DNA of 64,000 bases from Nitrospirota bacterium (GTDB lineage Bacteria; Nitrospirota; UBA9217): assembly GCA_963749655.1 (NCBI GenBank), contig CAVVOB010000035.1, positions 1 through 64,000 on the forward strand, in the 5' to 3' direction. Position numbers and translations under genes: made by a program. The notes under the pieces were generated by a model. It did no database searches. It saw nothing but the letters and a program-made list of their open reading frames with translations, and was not told the origin of the DNA. Within the stretch, counting starts at the first letter, position 1. Every line of letters begins with the position of its first letter. Shown here piece by piece: positions 55,986 through 64,000 of the stretch.

Positions 55986-57907
55986 TTGAAGCATACGGTA
56001 ACTTTTCTTCCCGACAATATCGCGGTGAGCGTCGACGACAACACGAACCTGTTCAGGGCCGTGAAGGCGGCCGGGCTGTATGTGCTGTCGTCGTGCGGCG
56101 GCAAGGGCAACTGCGGCAAGTGCAAGGTCGTGATCAGGGACGGGCAGGTCGACGGCGGCAAATCTTCGTCCTACCTCACGGCGGAGGAGATCGAACGCCG
56201 CTATGTCCTCGCCTGCCACTCGCGCGTGAAGAGCGACCTGCTGGTCGAGATCCCGCCGGAGTCGCGCATGCAGGCCAAACACAAGATCGCGACGGGCGCG
56301 AAGGCCGAGGAGCTCCTCAAGCGCATGCATGACGCGGGCGGGTGCCTCGAGTCGCGCATCCACCGGATCTACCTGGAGCTCGAGCCCCCCCACGATCGAC
56401 GACAACATCGCGGATTTCGAACGGGTCCGCCGCGCCCTGGACGAGGCGGGCTTCGAAGCCGCGCACCTGCACATGAACTACATGATGCTCTCCAAGCTGT
56501 CGCGCGTCCTGCGGGAGGGGAACTGGAAGGTGACGGCCACGGTCCTCACCGTCACCGATGTGCTGGAAGTGCTCGACCTCTTCCCCGGCAACGTCACGAA
56601 GTCGCGGTACGGCGCGGCGGTGGACATCGGAACAACGACCGTCGTCGTGTACCTCGTGGACATGACGAACGGCCGCGTGATCGGCACGTCGTCCACGTAC
56701 AACAGCCAGGTCAAATGCGGCGACGACGTGATCACGCGCATCGTCTACGCCACGGAGCGGAACGGCCTCAAAGAGCTCCAGGAGCTGGTGGTGGGCAACA
56801 TCGGCGTCATGCTCGCCGACCTCGCGGAAAAGAACAAAGTCTCGCCGGGCATGATCGACTACATCGTCGTCGCCGGCAACACCACCATGGAGCACCTGTT
56901 CTACGGCATCGATCCGGCCGCATATCCGCGAGGAGCCCTACATTCCCGCCGCCACCTTCTTCCCGCCGATCCGCGGCAAGAGCGTGGGGCTGCAGGTCTC
57001 GCCCCAGGCCATCATCTATTCCATGCCGAACGTGGCGAGCTACGTGGGCGGCGACATCACGTCGGGCGTGCTCGTGTCCCAGATCCACAAGCGCGACGAG
57101 GTCTCGCTCTTCATCGACATCGGCACGAACGGCGAGATCGTGCTCGGCAACCGCGAGTGGCTCGTGACCGCGGCCTGCTCCGCCGGCCCGGCCTTCGAGG
57201 GGAGCGGCATCAAGTTCGGCATGCGCGCCATGGAAGGGGCCATCGAAGAGGTCGAGATCAACCCGAAGACCTTTGACGTGAACTACCGCGTCATCGGCGA
57301 CGCAAAGCCCATCGGCATCTGCGGCTCGGGCATGATCGACATCCTCGCCGAGATGTACCTGAACGGCGTCATCGACCAGAAGGGCAAGATCCGCGAAGAG
57401 ATCGGATCGAAGCGCATTCGCCGGGGCGAGAGCGGGCTCGAGTTCGTGCTCGCCTGGCGCGTGGAGTCCGCCATCAACAAGGAAATCGTGATCACCGAGG
57501 TGGACCTGGACAACCTGATCCGCGCCAAGGCGGCGATCTACGCCGGCTTCGCAACGCTCGTGTCCCACATGGGCATGACCTTCGCCGACGTCAAGACGCT
57601 CTATATCGCCGGCGGGTTCGGCCGGTACATCGATGTGGAGCGCGCCATCATCATCGGCATGCTCCCCGACCTGCCGGTGGAAAAGTTTCAGTTCCTCGGC
57701 AACACGTCCATCATGGGCGCCTACTACGGGCTCCTGTGCGACCGACTGCGGCACGAGGCCGAGGATATCGCCAAAAAGATGACTTATGTGGAATTGTCCG
57801 TGTCGCGGAGCTTCATGGACGAGTACATGTCCGCGCTGTTCCTCCCCCATACGGACCTGAACGCTTTTCCCACGGTGAAGAGGGAGATGGAAAAGAGGAA
57901 GAAGTGA
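55986..57907 (+). CDS. RACo / ASKHA (DUF4445) ATP-dependent corrinoid reductive activator with [2Fe-2S] domain; frameshifts near 56390 and 56920
   Basis: CGGKGNCGKC...LAC; VDIGTTT, GDDVITRI, AGNTTM; YVGGDI, DIGTNGE, SAGPAFEG, GICGSG, AGGFG, LPHTD. Confidence 0.92.
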
Positions 57908-57936
57908 TCGCCTGACGGCGCCGGGATGAAACGATT

Positions 57937-57974
57937 ACGGGCTGACAGCGTTCCTGCGGTCAGCCCGTTTTGTT
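57937..57974 (+). terminator. Intrinsic terminator after the RACo gene
   Basis: acgggctgac...gtcagcccgt followed by tttgtt. Confidence 0.7.
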
Positions 57975-57985
57975 CTGGAAGGCAT

Positions 57986-58014
57986 CGTCGGGTTTCACTT
58001 CGTTCTACCCTACC
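57986..58014. repeat. Single GTAG-type REP-like copy
   Basis: cgtcgggtttcacttcgttctaccctacc, similar to 60257-60291. Confidence 0.55.
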
Positions 58015-58022
58015 GACTGATA

Positions 58023-58739
58023 TTATTTCAAGGAGAATGACTTGATCCTATTGGCTTCCAAGAGTGTTTTTGGCACCGTGAAGGCGATGAAGCGCACATC
58101 GCCATAGAACTCAAGCACCCATGCCGTCACATGCTCATGATCGCCGGTAGCATACCAGTAGCGCAGGACATCGCGACCTATAGAGCATTCGGGATTAGTA
58201 AGCACGGGGTCTACGAGCGTACTCCGCAGATGTAGAGCATCAGATGGCTTGATACCCTTGAGCCCGTCCTCTGACCAGACGGTTACTTCGTGATCGTTTG
58301 GCAAGCGCACGTGGCCATAATGGTGCCAGTAAAGGCCACGGGTGACGCGTATGACGACACGGTCGAGTCGGGCGAGGTCCACATCGATTCCTTGAACCTT
58401 ACCTACATGAAGCCCTGCGGGAGTTCGAAGCGCCAAGCGTCGTATGCTACCCATAATCCGCCGCGTGAATCCAGTCTTTTTCGGCTTAGTAAGCCCACGG
58501 AAAACTGACTCGCGGATCGCCACAGCCTCCGGATGGCTCCCCGCACGATCTTTCAAGACCATCATCGTCTTGAAGTACTCATCGTCTTTAGATGCTCCTC
58601 CGTTACACAGCTCGCAGCTGGGTACCACTATGAGATCCGAAGGTCTCGGCTTGCCGCAAAGAGCTTGCGGAGGAATATGATCTTCGGTGAGCGGTAGGAT
58701 GCGTCCACAATAAACGCATTCGCCAGTTCTTACTTTCAT
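58023..58739 (-). CDS. HNH endonuclease with C-terminal extension
   Basis: CVYCG...TEDHIPP...VPSCELCN...KDDEYF. Confidence 0.82.
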   Translation of the reverse strand: MKVRTGECVYCGRILPLTEDHIPPQALCGKPRPSDLIVVPSCELCNGGASKDDEYFKTMMVLKDRAGSHPEAVAIRESVFRGLTKPKKTGFTRRIMGSIRRLALRTPAGLHVGKVQGIDVDLARLDRVVIRVTRGLYWHHYGHVRLPNDHEVTVWSEDGLKGIKPSDALHLRSTLVDPVLTNPECSIGRDVLRYWYATGDHEHVTAWVLEFYGDVRFIAFTVPKTLLEANRIKSFSLK

Positions 58740-58760
58740 AACGTCATCCAGGATATGGTG

Positions 58761-58820
58761 TATGCTACACGGCGCTGACGCGCCGCTTTTGGCGCGATGC
58801 TGTCGAGCGCCAGGTTGGAA
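58761..58820 (-). other. attC-like integron recombination site (R' degenerate)
   Basis: Bottom-strand pattern GCTGAC-gcgccgcttttggcgc-GTCGAGC (extra G)-gccag-GTTGGAA. Confidence 0.6.
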
Positions 58821-58847
58821 TCAGCCTGATGATTATTTTATCTGAGT

Positions 58848-59474
58848 TCATATTTCATCATTGGCGATCATCAAGAGAAGTTTGTCGATTTCTCGTGGTG
58901 TTAATTCTGCACCGAGACTCTTCTGGACATGATCTCGAAGCCATACGCACCGTCTGACAAAGTCCTTGTACTCTGGGTCGTATTCATCTGCTTTTAATTC
59001 TGGTATTTCGTTGAGTCGTGGAACGACTTTAGTGATTGATTGACGAGCTCTACTATCGTAAATGAAAAAGGCATTTGGCTTGTGGAAGTGCAAGTATTTT
59101 GCGGCCAATGATCGCTTTTCGAGATCGGTAATTGACTGAAACAGGTCCATTAGTTTCCTGTGTATTACAACCGTTCTCACACAGCCCGACTTATCTGCAC
59201 TTTGTATTGAATCAAGCCACAAGTCTATCGGCTGACTCCGCATAGTCGGAGCCACAACAGTCTCATAGAAATCGTCCCCAATGTGTTTTGCATTCTTGCG
59301 GCGTTCAATTGCGGCTGCATATGAGCGCCCAATGAGACAAATTTTCGCAATAATCGCATCATGTTCGGTGTGTCCTGGATAAGTCTGACACATATCATAG
59401 AGAATGCGATTACCGAGGTCCCACACCCAAGGTTCACGGATTGAGTCAATATCTTCTCTTGTGATTTGTCTCAT
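58848..59474 (-). CDS. Hypothetical protein with HhH-glycosylase-like motif
   Basis: RSLAAKYLHFHKPNAFFIYDSRA; flanked by complementary GTTGGAA/TTCCAAC cores. Confidence 0.65.
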   Translation of the reverse strand: MRQITREDIDSIREPWVWDLGNRILYDMCQTYPGHTEHDAIIAKICLIGRSYAAAIERRKNAKHIGDDFYETVVAPTMRSQPIDLWLDSIQSADKSGCVRTVVIHRKLMDLFQSITDLEKRSLAAKYLHFHKPNAFFIYDSRARQSITKVVPRLNEIPELKADEYDPEYKDFVRRCVWLRDHVQKSLGAELTPREIDKLLLMIANDEI

Positions 59475-59535
59475 TTTAATTTTTCCAACGAGTCTGTAGA
59501 GTCGTTTTGCGTGAGTTCTAACCTACGCAGAGAAC

Positions 59536-60084
59536 CTACCGGCTCGTTTTCTTAATATGTTTTTCTAGCCAACCTTCGATTTGCAGCAATCTCAGCACGG
59601 GCGACTTTAATTCTTCCGAATTGCTTGCCGCATATTTCTTTAATTCTAGAAAAGCCGAGTGAAATTTTTCGTTTACCATCAGTTGGACTTTGATTTTAGT
59701 TCTTTGTTTTATTTCATCTGTCATTCTTTTCAAATGATCTGCTTGGTTATACTCAATCATTCCTTTTGAATCTTTAACAGTTGGGCTCCACAGCATAAAT
59801 TCTTTTTTGTAGCCTTTGAAGTATTTATTGGCGTATGCGATATCCTTCGTAAACTTATCGATTAGTCTTTGGCACGTGTCGGGCCTCTTGTTTTTTGTGT
59901 ATTTAAGGCCTGTCTTCAGGTGACTTGCCACTTCACAAATAAAGACTTTCTTCGCTTTATTGTTTATACCTACAACATCAATTTCTCCTTGAGAGTCACG
60001 CGTATATACGTTGTAATCGATGAAGTCACAGTTCCCTTTTATTCTAAGATAATCTCCAACTAAAATTTCACCCGCATTTGCCTT
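59536..60084 (-). CDS. PD-(D/E)xK restriction-endonuclease-like protein (start codon appears as AAG)
   Basis: Frame open upstream of the called ORF: ANAGEILVGDYL...QGEIDVVG...FICEVASHL. Confidence 0.7.
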   Translation of the reverse strand, partial: KANAGEILVGDYLRIKGNCDFIDYNVYTRDSQGEIDVVGINNKAKKVFICEVASHLKTGLKYTKNKRPDTCQRLIDKFTKDIAYANKYFKGYKKEFMLWSPTVKDSKGMIEYNQADHLKRMTDEIKQRTKIKVQLMVNEKFHSAFLELKKYAASNSEELKSPVLRLLQIEGWLEKHIKKTSR

Positions 60085-60100
60085 CTTAACCTCTTTTAAA

Positions 60101-60156
60101 AATCAACGATGAGTTCACACGCCGCGAAGCGGTCGGCGTAGAACGATTTGTTAACG
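60101..60156 (-). other. attC integron recombination site
   Basis: Bottom strand AATCAAC-gatga-GTTCAC-acgccgcgaagcggtcggc-GTAGAAC-gattt-GTTAACG, same layout and central GCCGCGAAGCGG as classical aadA-type attC. Confidence 0.78.
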
Positions 60157-60181
60157 CTTGATTTTGGTGTACTGTGAGTCG

Positions 60182-60291
60182 GTAGGTCGGGTAGCGCGTA
60201 GCGAAACCCGACATCTTCGGTCCCTTGCGCTACTGCAAGTATTCCGGCAAATAAACGTCGGGTTTCACTAAAGACGTTCTACCTGACCTAC
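60182..60291. repeat. GTAG-type REP doublet (REPIN-like)
   Basis: gtaggtcgggtagcgcgtagcgaaacccgac ... gtcgggtttcactaaagacgttctacctgacctac. Confidence 0.75.
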
Positions 60292-60428
60292 ACGGCTGTC
60301 GAGGCGCAGGTTAATATTTCAGGACTTGGTCTCTCAGGGGCGCGACCCGATCCCCCGTATTCCCTGGCGTTGATTTGCTCCCCGAGGCGGCGGCGAAGTA
60401 GGTGGGGCAGGCATCCGGCTACCCTGAT

Positions 60429-61484
60429 CTAACAAAGCGATATTGTTCGCCGAAATTCATGAAGTAGAGCTTTACAATCAAAACTATTCCTTATATCTAT
60501 CTTGTCACCCTTTCCCTCGAACAGACTACGCAGCTCCCCTTTAATAAGCTGACAATCAGTATCTGAAATATTAAGCGCAGTTCCGAAACAACCTGATTTT
60601 CTTCTAGTGTTTGTTTCATGTGGCCCTTGCTGTTTCATAAGCTCTAAATTCTGTTTCCAGTACGCGAAGCCTAAAAATAGTATTTTGTCTGCCTCTCGAA
60701 TCTGCCGTCGTATTGAACCAATTTCACTTGATCCTGGATCTATACCTTCTGTAAAGGTCTTTATACCCCGGGATAGTTGAAGCAGCTGATTGGCATCTGG
60801 CATAGCGCCGTATGCAATAGAATCGCCCGGACTTTGCCAGGGAAGCTTTCCAACCGTTCCGTAGGGATGATATATTTTTATACTGTTGACATATTCTGCC
60901 GCTTTCGAAGCATCCATCCCGTAAATGTTTTGTAAAGAGATATACAGAAAGTGCTCAATGCAACGATCGTAATTGAAAATGATTAATGCAACAGACCCAA
61001 GTCTTGACGGTAGCTCGCGCTCATTACAGTTCTCCGTGAGGATACGAATGAATTTGTTATGCCACGTATCCTCGATTAAGCTAAAATCCGCATACTCATT
61101 GCCCTTGCGATAAATTTGAGCAAGTTTACTTGTACCCTCCGCCATGAGGATCGATCGAACGATTGCGATTTTTCCGCAGAACTCGACATCTTTATTATCT
61201 CGGTGCTTGTCGATGCAATTGTCGATAGAAGCTTCCTGTGGTAAAGCAGTTCGGATTCTTTGGCATGCATTAAGATATGATTTTAGCCGTGTAGGATAAT
61301 TAATCTTCGATTCATTTTCTATTACATGATATATAAGCCTATCACCGCCGCGCGAACTTCCCATCGAATCCAACTGAATGTCAAGAAGACCTATGATGTT
61401 ATTCTTCAATGTTTCACCTGCCGGCATATTGATATCATAGCCAGCACCTGCTCCCACTATCACTAGTATTTCTGTTTTTGCCAT
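60429..61484 (-). CDS. SIR2-like (SIR2_2/AbiH-like) domain protein
   Basis: VIVGAGAG...P, SID, IIFNYDRCIE, IYHPYG, ILFLGFAY. Confidence 0.78.
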   Translation of the reverse strand: MAKTEILVIVGAGAGYDINMPAGETLKNNIIGLLDIQLDSMGSSRGGDRLIYHVIENESKINYPTRLKSYLNACQRIRTALPQEASIDNCIDKHRDNKDVEFCGKIAIVRSILMAEGTSKLAQIYRKGNEYADFSLIEDTWHNKFIRILTENCNERELPSRLGSVALIIFNYDRCIEHFLYISLQNIYGMDASKAAEYVNSIKIYHPYGTVGKLPWQSPGDSIAYGAMPDANQLLQLSRGIKTFTEGIDPGSSEIGSIRRQIREADKILFLGFAYWKQNLELMKQQGPHETNTRRKSGCFGTALNISDTDCQLIKGELRSLFEGKGDKIDIRNSFDCKALLHEFRRTISLC

Positions 61485-61675
61485 AGTTGGACTTCTCTCT
61501 TACAATTAACCAGTGTGACTTTGGGGACAACCTCATGCTCTACCCATATATAACGTTGTTTCTATGCTTGACTTTCTCCCCTTACTCAAACCTAAGCACA
61601 AAGCAACGATAGAAACAACGTCTCCCTACTGTTCCCTTGTCCTTTTCAACGATTAAAATCGTGTGCGTATTTGAT

Positions 61676-62797
61676 TTATGTGCTGCCTTTCTTAATTGCA
61701 ATGTCAATAAGCACGGAACCATAACCTGTAACAAGTGGGATTGAAGCCTTAATGCTAAATTGTCTTAAAAGACTTCCTGAAATTGGCCAGACTGGATAGA
61801 CTTCTTTAATTTGTTTGTGTCGTTCCTGAAGTGATTTCAGATTTTCCTGGGATACATTAGGAGCATTATATTCTTTCCGAAATAGAACTGATATCTTTGA
61901 AAGTTCAGAATCACGTTTGTTAACCATTGCGGCATGGGCTGACCAAATAGGCATTATCAAAGTGATTGGTACGAGAATAATATATAAGGTATATAGCAGC
62001 AGGACATCCGCATAAGCCCATCCGACGCCTAAAATTAATCTCGCAATTGTAACACCCGTCGCCATAAAACCCAATCCCACGGCGACGCTGCTGAATTTTA
62101 TTCCAAGTCTCCCTACTGGTCCGAGGCCCCCTGCTTCGTCAGGATGTAATGGAATAGTTTCAACAATGGCATGCCTGAAGAGGCTATTGAGCATGAAAAG
62201 GATTCCTATTGCTCTAAAAACGAGCATGGCAGCCAGGTAGTATCCCACTGTGGTGCTGGTGACAAAGAAAAAATAAAAGTACAATTTGTTTTTGTACCAA
62301 AAAAAGTATTTAGCCATTTTACTAGATTCGTTAGGAAAGACATAACATATCTGAACTGTTATAAATAGAACGGCTACGAGTAAAGCTAATAACGATAGAC
62401 GTAGATTGTCTATTGAATAGACTTTAGATGCAACAAAATCACTTAATGATTTAAAGCCATCGATCTTGATAATCTTTTCTTTTTCTAGTTCGGTAAGAGC
62501 GGAAGAGACTACGCGAGGTTGCACCAAGTACAAATACCAAATGACAGGAAGAAGTACAAAGGATGCAAATAGGGCATAAAGCAGGTGCTCTGAATCAAAT
62601 ACACGTATGATCGGTGCATCCCTGAAAATATAATAGCTTAGAAATGCGCCACCAGCAAAAATGATGATAGCATTCAATATAATATGAGACAGCGCAAGAT
62701 ATTTAGGCGACACTTTCAGAACTTGCTTGGCAAGGTATATGATCGGATCCGAGGAGTTCAATGAGGGTAAATTACATGAATCTTTCATATCTGCCAT
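61676..62797 (-). CDS. Hypothetical multi-TM protein, AT-rich
   Basis: About seven hydrophobic segments; PLHPDEAGGLG and PVWP motifs; GAGGAG RBS. Confidence 0.72.
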   Translation of the reverse strand: MADMKDSCNLPSLNSSDPIIYLAKQVLKVSPKYLALSHIILNAIIIFAGGAFLSYYIFRDAPIIRVFDSEHLLYALFASFVLLPVIWYLYLVQPRVVSSALTELEKEKIIKIDGFKSLSDFVASKVYSIDNLRLSLLALLVAVLFITVQICYVFPNESSKMAKYFFWYKNKLYFYFFFVTSTTVGYYLAAMLVFRAIGILFMLNSLFRHAIVETIPLHPDEAGGLGPVGRLGIKFSSVAVGLGFMATGVTIARLILGVGWAYADVLLLYTLYIILVPITLIMPIWSAHAAMVNKRDSELSKISVLFRKEYNAPNVSQENLKSLQERHKQIKEVYPVWPISGSLLRQFSIKASIPLVTGYGSVLIDIAIKKGST

Positions 62798-62824
62798 AGT
62801 TGCACTCCTCTAATATGCATGAAT

Positions 62825-62862
62825 TTACAACGACGAGTTGAGCCCCGCGCCATAAGCGCGGG
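62825..62862 (-). other. Partial attC-like site (R'/L' half)
   Basis: TTACAAC-gacga-GTTGAGC-cccgcgc cataa gcgcggg; partner half not found. Confidence 0.5.
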
Positions 62863-63203
62863 AGACCGAACGGGGTCAGACATAAGAAACTAAGTTTTTT
62901 CCATCTGCCCTTTTGCTTACGTCAAAAACGAGCTTAATATTCTCCCTGCACGAGTACTTAAAGACAGCGGTGCAGAGTGCTTCCTCTGAGTTGTACAGTA
63001 GGATAAATGAATACGAATGTCAACGATTTCGACGGGGGTATTTATGGGGTAGACGAATTCTTTCCGTTTCGAGTTCCGAGTTTCGAGTCAGGAATAGGAA
63101 TGCAGCGCATAGACACCAGTGACAATAACGAAAATGTAATCTGCATTAAACTCTCGATTCCACTCAGTGCAGACTTCAGGAAGAAGTCCGGCACTTTCCC
63201 ACA

Positions 63204-63620
63204 TTATTCAACCGTGAGATATTTGAAGTCGTACACTTCCCGAATAAGTTTGAAGTCCTTTTCATTCCTGGTAACAAGGACCGCGCCCTTTCCCCGGGCC
63301 GATAACGCTATCAAAATGTCTGCCAGGAGCCCTTTCACTCTCTCCCGGTCTATTCTTCTGTCCCTTCTCAGTTTCATCATGATCTCGCCGCACAGAAACC
63401 ATTGGCGCTCGGTCACTGAAATCACGGTAAAGTTACGTGCGATCTGATCGATTAGTTTTCGTTCCTTCGGATCGAAGGCGCCGGCGAGCAGCTCCATGAG
63501 CACCACTGAGCTGAAGGCAATATGGTAATACCGGTTGAGGTTCAGGAAGGCTTCTTGGACCGTTTCTTTTCTGAAATGCTCAATAAGGAAGGACGTATCG
63601 GGGATCGCCTTCGGCTTCAT
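63204..63620 (-). CDS. vapC: PIN-domain toxin (VapC family)
   Basis: DTSFLI, SSVVLMELLAG, ADILIALSA, LVTRNEKDF. Confidence 0.92.
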   Translation of the reverse strand: MKPKAIPDTSFLIEHFRKETVQEAFLNLNRYYHIAFSSVVLMELLAGAFDPKERKLIDQIARNFTVISVTERQWFLCGEIMMKLRRDRRIDRERVKGLLADILIALSARGKGAVLVTRNEKDFKLIREVYDFKYLTVE

Positions 63621-63814
63621 GTAAGACCCTCGAATTTGAACTTGCCGGTGGTCTGCTCAATGAACCTCCGCATCTTCTCCTGGTAGATGACCTCGGCAAG
63701 CGCCGTTTCGATCGCCTCAGTCTCGGTTTTGGAACCCAGAATCTTCTGGGCGTTCTTGATCATTGCCTCATCCAGCCTGAAATGTTTGGCGGTCTTTTTC
63801 GTTGCCGTCTGCAT
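63617..63814 (-). CDS. Cognate antitoxin (VapB-like, RHH type)
   Basis: KHFRLDEAMIKNAQKILGSKTETEAIETAL; 4-bp overlap with the toxin; AAAGGAGG RBS. Confidence 0.85.
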   Translation of the reverse strand: MQTATKKTAKHFRLDEAMIKNAQKILGSKTETEAIETALAEVIYQEKMRRFIEQTTGKFKFEGLT

Positions 63815-63832
63815 GGCCCCTCCTTTCATGTG

Positions 63833-63868
63833 TGTATATACATTATATTATTTAGTGGCTACAGTCAA
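63833..63868 (-). promoter_or_regulatory. TA promoter with palindromic operator
   Basis: TTGACT (63868-63863), AT-rich -10 region, palindrome TGTATATACA at 63833-63842. Confidence 0.6.
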
Positions 63869-64000
63869 GGCTTTTAAAAGAATGACATGCCTGGCGGAGA
63901 AGATGGAAAATTGCGCTATTCGCCCTTCATTTTTTTCGGATTCTGGATTTTGCCTCAATGCCTTCCCGCCCCGATTTCCATTTCAAATATGCAACTTTGC

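Noticed and set aside
62913-63447. Plus-strand ORFs of 69 and 146 aa
   Set aside because: The longer one is antisense to vapC and both span a heptamer repeat; no supporting motifs

Overview
GC-rich bacterial chromosome segment. Gene content and style suggest a Nitrospirota or deltaproteobacteria-like anaerobe (inference). The window holds, in order: a complete dcw cell-division/peptidoglycan operon (mraZ to ftsZ, 969-19916) with a STAS gene inserted after mraZ; two tandem Cys-rich two-CW proteins; housekeeping, transport and signalling genes (TrmJ-like methylase, MBL hydrolase, UbiB kinase, NupC, REC-degenerate GGDEF, GAF, Csp, CZB chemoreceptor-cheW); an accessory minus-strand block of membrane proteins with uncleaved pilin-like domains next to a MoxR-DUF58-transglutaminase operon and a secreted ankyrin protein; a speD-speE-decarboxylase polyamine operon; an HK/HD-GYP pair; a RACo/ASKHA corrinoid activator; and an AT-richer block (58.0-63.8 kb) of defence-like genes separated by integron attC-like sites. 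Many genes, including essential ones, carry small frameshifts that are best explained by uncorrected read errors. The strongest non-routine signals are: (1) a dispersed family of 7-mer and 9/10-mer tandem-repeat hairpins at 9 of 16 dcw gene junctions and once in frame inside a kinase domain; (2) a four-way-junction, SAM-I-like RNA leader in front of speD; (3) an attC-delimited cassette array with candidate anti-phage genes; (4) a family of membrane-anchored pilin-like domains. All calls are by eye; no database searches were run.
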